Source: Octopus vulgaris (taxonomy: Eukaryota). Taken from it: a DNA stretch of 64,000 nucleotides. A program made the position numbers and the translations under genes. The notes under the pieces were generated by a model. It did not search any database and was not told where the DNA came from. It saw only the letters and a program-made list of their open reading frames with translations. Of this stretch, positions 53,067 to 64,000 are shown piece by piece. The stretch is from the NCBI GenBank assembly GCA_951406725.2, contig OX597816.1:91698001-91762000 (forward strand). The letters run 5' to 3'. Every line of letters begins with the position of its first letter. Position 1 is the stretch's first letter.

Positions 53067-53233
53067 AGAAATTTTACATTTGAGATGTTAAAGGAGAGAA
53101 GTTCAAAGTTCATATATAATATGTGTGTGTTAATAGAATGTATGTTCCTACTTACCTACCTGTTACGTAACATTAAGGGAAGAAAATTACATAGAGATGC
53201 ATTGGGGAAAAGGGAGAAAGAGGAAAAGGAGGT

Positions 53234-53281
<48 letters not shown>

Positions 53282-53592
53282 TGGACAAAGAAAGAATTAG
53301 AAAGTGATACAAGCAAGGGAAAAAAGTGAAAAGGAAGAGAGTCAAGATTCAGTCACAAAGAAAGAAGGGGAAAAAGAAGAAGATGATGATGTACCAAAGT
53401 TTGTAATGTCATTGCATCTTGAGTTATCTCATTTTCTTATTCTCCTTATTCTGTCTGTCTGTCTGTTTCCCTGTCTCTCTCACTTTCTCTCTCATTCTAC
53501 AATTATTTCAAGTGGTTTTGAATTGTATCTAAGTATGTAAGGTACTTATTTTGCTCTGAGAATGGTAAAAATATTAAAACCTTTTTGTATAG

Positions 53593-54049
53593 AGGTGGCT
53601 GAGTGGTAAGAAGTTTACTTCTCAACCACATGGTTCAGGTTCAGTCCCAATGTGGGGTACCCTTGGCAAGTGCTTGCTATTATAGCTTCATGTCAATCAA
53701 CCAAAGCCTTGTAATATATATGTGTGTGTGTGTGTGAGTGTACATGTTTGTAAGTGTGTGTGTCTTTATGAGTGTGTGTGTGCATGTGTGTGAGTGGGGG
53801 GGTGCATGCGTGTGCATACGTGTGTATATATGTGTGTGTATCTACGTGCGTGTGTGTTATTGTTTGTATTTGTCCATCCCACCACTTTACATTCCTATAA
53901 CTTGGCAGTTTGGCAAAGCAGATTGATAGAATAAGTACCAGGATTAAAAAATAAGTACTGGTGTTGATTTGTTTGACTAAAAGCCTTCAAAGCAGCGCTC
54001 CAGCATGGCTGTAGTCTAATGACTGAAACAAGCAAAAGATAAAAGATAA

Positions 54050-54101
<52 letters not shown>

Positions 54102-54246
54102 GTATATATATATAGGCATGGCTGAGTGATAAGAAGCTTGCTTCCCAAAAACATGGTTCTGGGTAGCTTCGGTCTGACCAAAGCCTTGTGAGTGGATCTG
54201 GTAGATAGAAACTGAAAGAAGCCCATTGTGTGTATATATGTGTGTG

Positions 54247-54292
<46 letters not shown>

Positions 54293-54432
54293 CTGTGTGT
54301 GTGTTTGAGTCTGTGTTTGTCCACCCCACCACCACTGGTTGACAACTGATGTTGGTGTGTCTATGTCCCTGTAACTTGGTAGTTCAGCAAAAGGGACTGA
54401 TAGAATAAGTACTAGGCTTACAAAAAAATAAG
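53593..54432 (+). mobile_element. Two tandem SINE A copies
   Basis: Heads at ~53593 and ~54113. Confidence 0.8.
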
Positions 54433-55173
54433 TCAGTAGAAGGATAAAAGAATATACATGCATAGATGTATGCATGTATGCGCAATACATCTGCATGGAA
54501 AAGCATACAGAAAAAAAGATGACGATGATGATGAAGATATTGGCAGTAGTGGTGATGATGGTGATGATGATGATTAACATATTCATGCACATGGACATAT
54601 ACTACATGGATAGACTGAGGAAAAGGTGGCGGGAACAGGTGGAGGAGGGGATTGGGAGGGTTGGTTTGAAAAAGGAAGATACCCAAAACTGGGCAAGATG
54701 ACGAGGTGGTGTGAGGGCGGTTGCTATGGCATTGAGATAGATCCAGCCACCCCACCGTTAATGGGGACAAAGCCTGGATTTAAAACAATGGATGATGATG
54801 CTGATGATGAGTGTGCTAAGTAATATACATACAGCTAATATATTTGCTTATGTTCTTTGGTTCTTTAGTTTGTTTAATCCAGTCCATTATAGCCAAGGCC
54901 ATGATAACGCATCTTATGTATAAAGAATTATATATAAACAGAAGACTGGAACCAAGCAGCCTGTTTTTTAACATTATTACTTTTAGCATTTGAGAGCCTT
55001 CACTGCTGTGTTCTTCAGTACAGCAGGTTTGTATTTTCACAATGTAGTTTATTTCTCTGCCACACCTAAACGGTTCCCTGCATAAACTTAGTAAATGCCA
55101 TTAGAAAACATTTAGCATTTTTGTTGACTTTTCAATCTACCCATTTCTCACCCCATGAGTACTTGTACATACA

Positions 55174-55231
<58 letters not shown>

Positions 55232-55628
55232 CATATATATATATATGCACACACACACATATATATACATACATATATATATATACATGCACACACACAC
55301 ACACATATATATACGTACACACACACACGCACACACGCACATACACACACACACACGCATATATGTGCATGCGAGTGTTGTGTGTCAGTATATAAATATA
55401 TATGTGTGTGTATATAGATCTATATACTATATGTATATATACATATAGATTATATAAAAGATGGATTGGTGGTTGTTAGTCGCATCAAAGCATTTATAAA
55501 ACAGTTACTCAGAAGCGAGTATAAATATAATTAAGCTTAATTGTCTCTATGATACACCTTGTCAGTCTTTACCCATTATATGCATATACACACGCATACA
55601 TACATACATACATACATACATACATACA

Positions 55629-55661
<33 letters not shown>

Positions 55662-55912
55662 GAAACCATCCCTTCATGAGGTTAACACAACCTCTAATTA
55701 AATTATATATGTATATCTATCTATTTATCTATCTATATCTGTATTTATATCTATATATATCTACACACACATACACATACACACACTCTCTCACACACAC
55801 ACATATACATACATGCATATATATATGTATATATTTATGTGTGCTTACTTTATGAAAATTTGATTTCACACAATCACAAACACACTTACATACATATATA
55901 TGATGTATAAAG

Positions 55913-55969
<57 letters not shown>

Positions 55970-56381
55970 GCATGTATGTATATATATACGTATGGAAGTG
56001 TGTATAGATATATGCATATATATATATACATCATTATCATCATCATCATCATCGTTTAACATCCACTTTCCATGCTAGCATGAGTTGGACGATTTGACTG
56101 AGGACTGGCGAACCAGATGGCTGCACCAAACTCCAGTCTTATCTGGCAGAGTTTCTACACCTGAATGACCTTCCTAACACCAACCACTCCGAGAGTGTAG
56201 TGGGTGCTTTTATGTGCCACTGGCAATATATATATATATATATACATATATAATATAAATAGCACATATATATATGTGTATATACATACATATATGTACA
56301 TACTTACATATATATATATATATAAATAAATAAATAAATAAATAAATGGAGTTGAACGAAGATGTTAACAAAATTCCTTTA

Positions 56382-56463
56382 CTTTCAACATATGTTTCGA
56401 AGACAACATGGTTTTATTCCAAAGGAATAAACGGTGCAAGATGCAGTCTTCTCATCAGGAAAG
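56382..56463 (-). ncRNA. Type I hammerhead ribozyme (left arm of palindrome 56333-56685)
   Basis: CTTTC-CTGATGA-GAAGAC...GTCTTC-GAAAC-ATAT-GTT-GAAAG. Confidence 0.8.
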
Positions 56464-56554
56464 AAAGGGAGCCTCTCTCAATTATTGTTTTGTTTACCAT
56501 GTAGGCAGTCATCACAATTATTGTTTTGTCTTGTTGTTGAGAGAGGCTCCCTTT

Positions 56555-56636
56555 CTTTCCTGATGAGAAGATTGCATCTTGCACCGTTTATTCCTTTGGA
56601 ATAAAACCATGTTCTCTTTGAAACATATGTCGAGAG
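56555..56636 (+). ncRNA. Type I hammerhead ribozyme (right arm), GUC cleavage site
   Basis: CTTTC-CTGATGA-GAAGA...TCTTT-GAAAC-ATAT-GTC-GAGAG. Confidence 0.8.
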
Positions 56637-56852
56637 TAAAGGAATTTTGTTAACATCTTCGTTCAACTCCATTTATTTATTTATTCATATATAACACACA
56701 AATTTCTGCACATGAACCCGGAGTTTCTACCCTTGGATAGGCTGCTTCAAACGTGTTTTATGACGTGAATTTGCTACCCTGGTATCGGTTCATCGAATTT
56801 TCCATGTTGATGGTAAACATAGGATAAGTCATTCCTCTATCGAAATATATAC

Positions 56853-57240
56853 ATATATATATGCATATATGGGTACAGGATGTCACAAAACATAAACAAC
56901 ATGAAATACAAAATATGAAACTATGGAATACGGACTTTTGTATGCGAACAACAAAAGAAACAAATGGAAAACAAGACAAGTAACATAAAGAACAACCCTT
57001 CATCAGTTGTCGGCTGTTTTTCAACTCCACATTTCATGCAATTCACGACAATTGCTCAAAATGTGGAGCAGAAAAACAGCCGACAACTGATGAAGGGTTG
57101 TTCTTTATGTTTCTTGTCTTGTTTTCCATTTGTTTCTTTTGTTGTTTGCATACAAATGTTCATATTCCATGGTTTTGTATTTCATATTTCATGTTTTTTA
57201 TATTTTGTGACATCCTGTACCCATATATGCATATATATAT
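56853..57240. repeat. ~185-bp-arm palindromic element flanked by (TA)n
   Basis: Arms are reverse complements around a short loop at ~57040-57052. Confidence 0.9.
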
Positions 57241-57332
57241 ATATATATATATATATAAGAGAACAAAGTGTATGTATGTTGATATATATATATATATATA
57301 TATATATAAGAGAACAAAGTGTATGTATGTTG

Positions 57333-57364
<32 letters not shown>

Positions 57365-57371
<7 letters not shown>

Positions 57372-57690
57372 CAAAACATCCGGACAACTAGGTGATACAA
57401 AAAGGGACATCCAGATAGACAATACAAAAAAATAAGGACGGGGTCATTGAAAGCTTTCTATCCTCAGTCAAGAACCGGATCATCCTCGCAATTTCGGCTG
57501 ATTAGTCTTGAGATTGCTCCAATCTGGCCAGACCCAAGGAAAAACTAAGCTAAGAGCATTAGATTCCTTGGAAGAAAGCATCAAAAACAAGGACGGAAAA
57601 ACAGACAATGTTACACAAATATAAATACAATAAATACAATATAAAAACAATAAAAATAATAACAGGACATAACAACAGACCCAGAGAGAA
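57365..57690. mobile_element. Unclassified repeat, second copy at ~61620-61920
   Basis: Shared GAGATTGCTCCAATCTGGCCA..CCAAGGAAAA..AAGCTAAGAGCA; both copies follow TA-rich microsatellites. Confidence 0.7.
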
Positions 57691-57829
57691 CGAGCAGTAG
57701 ACTGCTCAGTCACGCTCCCTCTGGGTCTGACTGTTGTCCATAGAACATTGATATTCTTCCCTGTGTTTGTGAAACTTTTGTATCTCTGCCATAAGGCTTC
57801 ATTTCCCCACGCGCCAGCTTAATTCAATT

Positions 57830-59435
57830 TGAAAGACTTGAAAGCCTAGGAATAATCAAGATGGATCACTCAGACTGGGAAGCACCTACAGTCTACGTAA
57901 AAAAGAAAAATAGCAAGTTAAGAGTTTGTGCAAAATTTTCAACAGGTTTGAATGATTGCACATAGCTACCCATTGCCGTGCCCTTAGGAAGTGATTGAAA
58001 AGTTTGAATGGAGGGAAATTCTTCTTAAAACTAGACCTCTTGGAGGCATATCTACAAATCCAAGTAGAAGAAGAATGCTCACATTTATTAACCATCAATA
58101 CACACCATGACTTATTTAAATTTAAGCATCTTCACTTTGGTGTGAAAGTGTCTCCTTCCATATTTCAGCAAATAATAGTTACAATACTGGGTGACTGTGA
58201 TTTTGCTATCACCTATTTAGACGATATTCTAATAAAAAATGAATCATGTGAACAACATGTAAAGCACTTTAGAAGGGTATTTGAGAAGATAAGAGAAAAT
58301 AGTTTCAAGTTAACGGAAGAAAAATGCAAGTCCTTTATGAAAAAAATTAAATACTTGAGCCAGATAATAGATAAAAATGGATGGAAACCGGATCCATCTA
58401 GAACAACTGTGATAAAAAATGTGCCAACACCAAATAATGTAACCATGCTAGAAGCATTCTTGGGTTTAGTAAATTATTATCAAATTTACATTCCCAATAT
58501 ACATAATGTAAGGGCCCTGCTCAATGATCTGTTAAAGAAAAATACAAAATGGTGTTGGACTGATGTCAGAAGGCATTTGATGAGTTAAAAAGCATTTTAA
58601 CATCAGACTTATTGTTAACGCATTTTGATCCAAAGATGGATATTATATTGGTTACAGATGTGAGTGACTATGGTGCAGAAGCCATACTTCTGCACAAATA
58701 TGATATTGGTAAATTGTCTATAGCCCATGCATCACAATCGTTATTACCAGCTGAAAGGAACTATAGTCAGATAGAAAAGGAAGTCTTAGCAATCATATTT
58801 GGTATGAAAAAGTTCCATAGATTTAATCATGGAAGAAGTTTCTATCTACAAATGGATCGTTGCCTATTACTGTCAATATACGGTTGTAAAAATGGAATAT
58901 CAATACACACAGAAAATAGACTACAGCAATGGGGCACTACATTATTGAATTATGACTACAAAATGGAATATTTACCGCCAAAAGACCTAGGGCATGTGGA
59001 TGGTTTGTCCAGACTTGCACCGAAACACTGCAAGCTGTTCAAAGATATGGTAATTGTAGCTTCAAGAGCAGAAGGAGAAATAAAAAATGTAATGGGGAAT
59101 GTGATACACAAATTACTAGTAACCCTACAAGACATAAAGTGAAATGCAGTAAAGGACAAATTCGTAACAGAAGCGAAAAGAACACTGTGGTCAGGAAAAG
59201 TAAATTGGAATAGGATTGGTGCGAAACAAAACCAAGGCACGAACCTATACTCAATTTGTGATGGCATACTGATGTATGCACAAAGAGTAGTGATATCTGA
59301 AATACTACAAAAGAAAACGTTGAGGGAATTTCATGTTGGACATTTTGGTTAATACATATAGCTATGTATTAACATAGCTACATGTATTGATCAAAAATGG
59401 ATAGAGAAATCAAAAATTTAGTGAAAGGCTGAAAA
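57830..59435 (+). mobile_element. Gypsy (Mag-like) pol fragment: RT, RNase H, start of integrase
   Basis: LDLLEAYLQI, TYLDDILI, FLGLVNYY, DVSDYG, NYSQIEKEVLAII, GHVDGLSRL; frameshifts. Confidence 0.92.
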
Positions 59436-59439
59436 GGAT

Positions 59440-59852
59440 GTTGGCCGTAGAGTATTGGGCCTCATAGAGGCAATGTGGCCAATACCGGTGTTGCATAATT
59501 AGCACCTGTGCCAGTTGCACGTAAAAAGCACCTTTTGAGAATTGGGCCTCATGGAGGCAGTGAAAATGATTGAGACCTTTGGCAATATGTGCCATGCTTG
59601 AGTAGAAGACTCATGAAGACAAGTGAAATCATAGTCCTGACAGATACTGGTGTCATGCAACTGGCACCCATGCTGGTGGCATGTAAAAACACCCATCACT
59701 CTCTCAGGGTGACTGGTATTAGGAAGGGCATCCAGCCACTGAAACCATGCTAGATCAGACTGGAGTCTGGTGCAGTCCCTCAGCTTACCAGCCCTGGCCA
59801 AACCATTCAGCCCACGCCAGCATGGACAATGGACATTAAATGATGATGACGA
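59440..59852 (+). mobile_element. RTE 3' end
   Basis: 3' UTR motifs and GGACATTAAATGATGATGAC tail. Confidence 0.8.
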
Positions 59853-59868
59853 TACATACATACATACA

Positions 59869-59902
<34 letters not shown>

Positions 59903-59915
59903 CATACATACATAT

Positions 59916-59995
<80 letters not shown>

Positions 59996-60038
59996 ATGAA
60001 AGAATGGAGTCGAACGACGATTTAACAAAATTCCTTTA

Positions 60039-60121
60039 TTCTCAACATATGTTTCGAAGACTGCATATTCTCAATTCCGAAGGAATAAAGGGTGCATTAT
60101 GCCGCCTTCTCATCAGGAAAA
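60039..60121 (-). ncRNA. Type I hammerhead ribozyme, third copy of the 56.4 kb family
   Basis: TTTTC-CTGATGA-GAAGGC...GTCTTC-GAAAC-ATAT-GTT-GAGAA. Confidence 0.75.
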
Positions 60122-60599
60122 ACAAGGAACTTATGTCAGCATCATGACGAACAAAAACTTTTAGATGACTGCCCACACGGAGTCCATAGTGATATTATAT
60201 ATATGATTGTATTTGGTGCATGAGAGTCAGAGAATTTTTTTTTTCAGTTTCTTTTCCTTTTTTAGGATGATCTTGATAAAAGGTAGAATAAACAAATCGC
60301 TTGGAGGACTCACACAGGGACTTATTCAAAGTGGTAATGGCTTGTGTGGGATCATTCACACTCTTTTGATATCGCTGATAGTAACACCTGGTGCAACTAT
60401 GTTATGAGACTTATGAACAGCTGACCTCAAATGGATGGTCATTGACTCTCAGAAGTTCCTCTGCCCTTTGACGAGTCTTGTTTTTCCTCCTACAGGATAA
60501 TTGCCCTCCTCACCAAGGTGGGGTTGCTGTTTTAGTTGCCAATGACCTGACCTTGTGACAGATTGGATTGGTTTATGTGTTACAAGTAGCCCTCAAAGA

Positions 60600-60737
60600 G
60601 TGAAGCTTGCTTCCTAACCACATAGTTCTGGGTTCAGTTTCACTATGTGGCACTTTGGGTAAGTGTCTTCTACTGTAGCTTCAAGCACTGACCAAAGCCT
60701 TGTGAGTGGATTTCGTAGACAAAATCTGAAAGAAGCT

Positions 60738-60800
<63 letters not shown>

Positions 60801-61050
60801 CATAAATATATATAAATATGTATGTATATGTATATCTCTATGTGTGTGTGTGTCATTGTGCCTGAGTTTGTCCCCCACCACCACTTGACAACCAGTGCTG
60901 GTGTATTTACGTCCTTGTAACTTAGCAGTTTGGCAAAAAGAGACCAATAGAATAATTACTATGCTTAAAAAAATGTCCTGGGATCAATTTGCTCAACTAA
61001 AATCCTTCAAGGCAGTGCCCCAGCATGGCCTCAGTAAAAGATAAAAGATT
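60600..61050 (+). mobile_element. SINE A
   Basis: Family match. Confidence 0.8.
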
Positions 61051-61160
61051 GATATATATATATAGTGAATCCAAAGAAAGAACAAACATGAAAAAACAGT
61101 AATGCAAGGACGTGGTACAAGTACTGCATTATCAGACGCTCAGGAAAGGACAGAAAGAGG

Positions 61161-61195
61161 ATTTTACGTTTTGAGCAAAGCTTTTCTTCAGAAAT
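61161..61195 (-). ncRNA. Degenerate minimal hammerhead
   Basis: ATTT-CTGAAGA-A-AAGC-TTT-GCTC-AAAA-C-GTA-AAAT; two G>A changes from a perfect minimal core. Confidence 0.5.
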
Positions 61196-61377
61196 AGAGG
61201 AAAGTCCAAAGGAAGGAAAGATGGAGGACAAATTGTAATGACTCCGAACTGGTATAATCCAAATGAACAGGAACAGTAATCCGATGGTAGAAGAATTCCA
61301 TGAATTAAGTACTCCAAAGTCAGTCAGAAGGCCAGGATCCATGTGAGTGTGCAGTATATAGTTTAATGCAAACAAAG

Positions 61378-61432
<55 letters not shown>

Positions 61433-61523
61433 TCATCATCATCATTAAACGATGATGATGATGATGATGATGATATATATATGATATATATATATATGTA
61501 TATATATATATATTTATATATAT

Positions 61524-61615
<92 letters not shown>

Positions 61616-62699
61616 TTATAAAATACAAAAATTGGGACAAGAATGCAAAACATCTGGACAGACGATATAAAGAAAACAAGGATCAGTCATTCGGAGTTTT
61701 CTTTCCTCAGTCAAGTTCAAAATTTTCTTTGCAATTTTGGCTGGTTATACTCGAGATTGCTCCAATCTGGCCAACCCCAAGGAAAATCTAAGCTAAGAGC
61801 ACTAAATTCCTTGGAAGAAAGCAGCGAATGTATATGAAAACAAGGATGGAAAAAAATGGAGAAATGGTACACAAATACAAATAACAGGACATTAACAACG
61901 GGTGTCTTTCGGCTACACACAACAGACATCTTTCAGGTTTTGTCAACTAATTCCACTCACAAAGCTTTGATAAGCCTGGAGCTATAGAAGACATGAAGAC
62001 TTTTGCCGCACATGCTGCTCAGTGGGACTGAATCCCAGACCACATAACTGGAAATTTAAAAAATTTCTTACATAATTTCACATTACATTTGATGTTAATT
62101 TCAATTTTTGGCACAAGGCCAGTAATTTTGGGGTAAGGGAATAAATCGATCACATCGACTCCAATGCTCAACTGGTACTTATTTTATTAACTCCAAAAAG
62201 TAAAAAGGCAAAGTCAATCTTGGCGGAATATGAACTCAGACCGTAAAGACAGATGAAATGCCACTAAGCATTTTGCCCAGCACAGTAGTGATTCTGCCAG
62301 TGTGTCACTATACATTACAAATGATATTACCAATATAAAGAACTGGTGTAACCTCACTTTTAATACTTTAGTTAGAACTTGTATGACAAGTAACCAGCTA
62401 CTAAACATATAACTTCTAGAATTGTCACACATGATTCACAACTCTGTTGTTTTCAGCATTTTCTGATTCTCATGTAGAAAAGTCTAATCTCAGCATTCTG
62501 AACTACCAGAACCACTTATTCATTTCCTGTCAGTTCAGATTCCCGGACAACCAAATTGCTAATTTTTTTTCTTTTTTTTTATGCTTCTTACTTGTTCTGG
62601 TGTAAGGTAAGTGGGTCACGGAAAGATATTTTTAAAGTTAACTGTTATAGTGGAAAATGTTTTCTTTCTCTTTTATATATGTATTTATATATGTATGTA

Positions 62700-62916
62700 T
62701 GAGGTGATGCTGAAAAGTTCCTAGCTTTGGGTAAAAGAAAATACAAGATGATCAGTTAGTTATGGTTTTATTCAACATATTCCCCTCTCAGATTCACACA
62801 GTTATTGCAGCAGTCCCTCAGTTTTTCTAAGCCCTGTAAAAGAACTCAGAAGGATGGGTCTCCAACTAGGAACTTTTGAGATATACTTAAAGCCAAGAAC
62901 TTTTCAGTACACCCTG
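62700..62916. mobile_element. Mariner-type MITE
   Basis: TA-flanked; GCTGAAAAGTTCCTAGCTTT / AAAGCCAAGAACTTTTCAGT inverted ends; partial relative at ~44262-44380. Confidence 0.75.
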
Positions 62917-62944
62917 TATATATATACATATATATGTATGTATG

Positions 62945-63268
62945 TCATTATTCAGTTTATTTCAAGATTTTTTGCCAATAGAGAAAGAACTGATTTCTAA
63001 CCTATATCTAAGTTCCTTCATTGGAATTTCAATGTATTTTTGTTTGTATGTATGTTTTATGTTTATGTTCTCAGCATATAGTTGCGTAACTAGACATGCT
63101 CATATATATTTAAATGATAAACTTCTGGCAAGTTTTACAGATTTTTACAGTTCCAGTGAGGGATTGGATCTGTAGTCTTTGAATTATCTTTCTCCTTTCT
63201 GGTTTTGAAAAGCCTAATTTCTTAAGATTGGTATTTAGGCAATGTGTTACATATCCCAGGGTCCCAAA
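62945..63268 (-). mobile_element. R4/Dong-like LINE extreme 3' end
   Basis: GTLGYV...L..LGF...IIQRLQIQSLTGTVKICK parallels the end of the 41642 element; flanked by (TATG)n. Confidence 0.7.
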
Positions 63269-63285
63269 TGTATGTATGTATGTAG

Positions 63286-63527
63286 GAGAAGGTAACTCAG
63301 GTAACTGGGATAACTCCGACATAAAACCTGTGGCTCAGTGGTTACCGATGATGTTGACTTGTTCTTCTTTTCGGATAATGGCTGCTGTTGCTTAGTGAGT
63401 GGGATTGACTCAATGCGCAGCCTTTTCTCACTTTAAAGAAAAATCTTCTTGCACAGGCATTGCATGATAACAACATTGATTAAGCTTCGTGCAATGGCCA
63501 TACTCGATAACAAGGGGGCAGCCACCA
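63286..63527 (+). mobile_element. Short non-autonomous RTE derivative
   Basis: 3' end nearly identical to 19199-19243 (AAGCTTC.TGCAATGGCCATACTCGATAAC.AGGGGGCAGCCA) but preceded by non-coding sequence. Confidence 0.6.
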
Positions 63528-64000
63528 TGTATGTATGCATGTTTATCCGTGTGTGTGTGTGTGCGTGTATGAGATTGTGTGTGTGTATGATTGATGATTG
63601 TGTGTATGTATGTGTGTGTGATTTGTGTTAGTGTGTGCATGTATGTATGTATATATAGGTATGTAAGTAAGTATGTATGAATATAAGAATGCAAGTACAT
63701 ATGAATGTATGAATGTATGTGTACACATGTTTAGGAATGTATGTTATTACATAATAATTATGTGTACTTCGCTGAAATCAGAATAGCAATCCAATTTTGC
63801 TTGAATTGATACTTCGTACTAGTGTTTATGCACACATACATACAGACATGCACACACACATACACACACACACACGCATGCATATATGATGATGATCATG
63901 ATGATCATGATCATAATCCTTACAGTGATGATGGTGATAGTAACCATAACTGAGATATAATGTCATTACTTTTAACGACAATTATGTTTAATTACCATTA

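Noticed and set aside
57050-57110. Hammerhead at CTGATGA (also 46202)
   Set aside because: No downstream stem II + GAAA; alternative topologies pair poorly.
57455-57510. GAAA...CTGAGGA on minus as a hammerhead (also ~61700)
   Set aside because: Could not form the required stems.
57830-59435. Gypsy pol belonging to the LTR at 470-618 or 37375-37807
   Set aside because: Opposite orientation and far apart; no adjacent LTR seen.
62457-62606. Candidate exon with AG/GT signals
   Set aside because: The only open frame stops just before the donor and runs through poly-T; no homology recognised.

Overview
Very AT-rich, microsatellite-dense metazoan DNA made up almost entirely of transposable elements. 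The SINE families, RTE LINEs and (TA)/(CA)/(TATG)/(ATC) tracts suggest an octopus or other coleoid cephalopod (my inference). I found no intact host gene; there is one weak candidate exon at 12367-12515. Most ORFs in the track are microsatellite translations or TE relics. Recognisable relics include RTE, CR1/L2-like and R4/Dong LINEs, Gypsy LTR elements, mariner, hAT, Merlin, piggyBac and Helitron elements, and tRNA-headed SINEs. The most notable signal is non-coding. At least seven unrelated short inserts, mostly within (TA)n tracts and often arranged as inverted repeats, carry minimal type I hammerhead ribozyme cores with palindromic stem III, the form known from Penelope-like elements. Some have stem II extended to 50-100 nt. 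One is a tRNA-headed palindromic element inserted with a 12-bp TSD. A second signal is a short Gypsy LTR followed by a tandem array of LTR-end plus extended tRNA primer-binding-site units. All structures were read by eye; no searches or folding were run.
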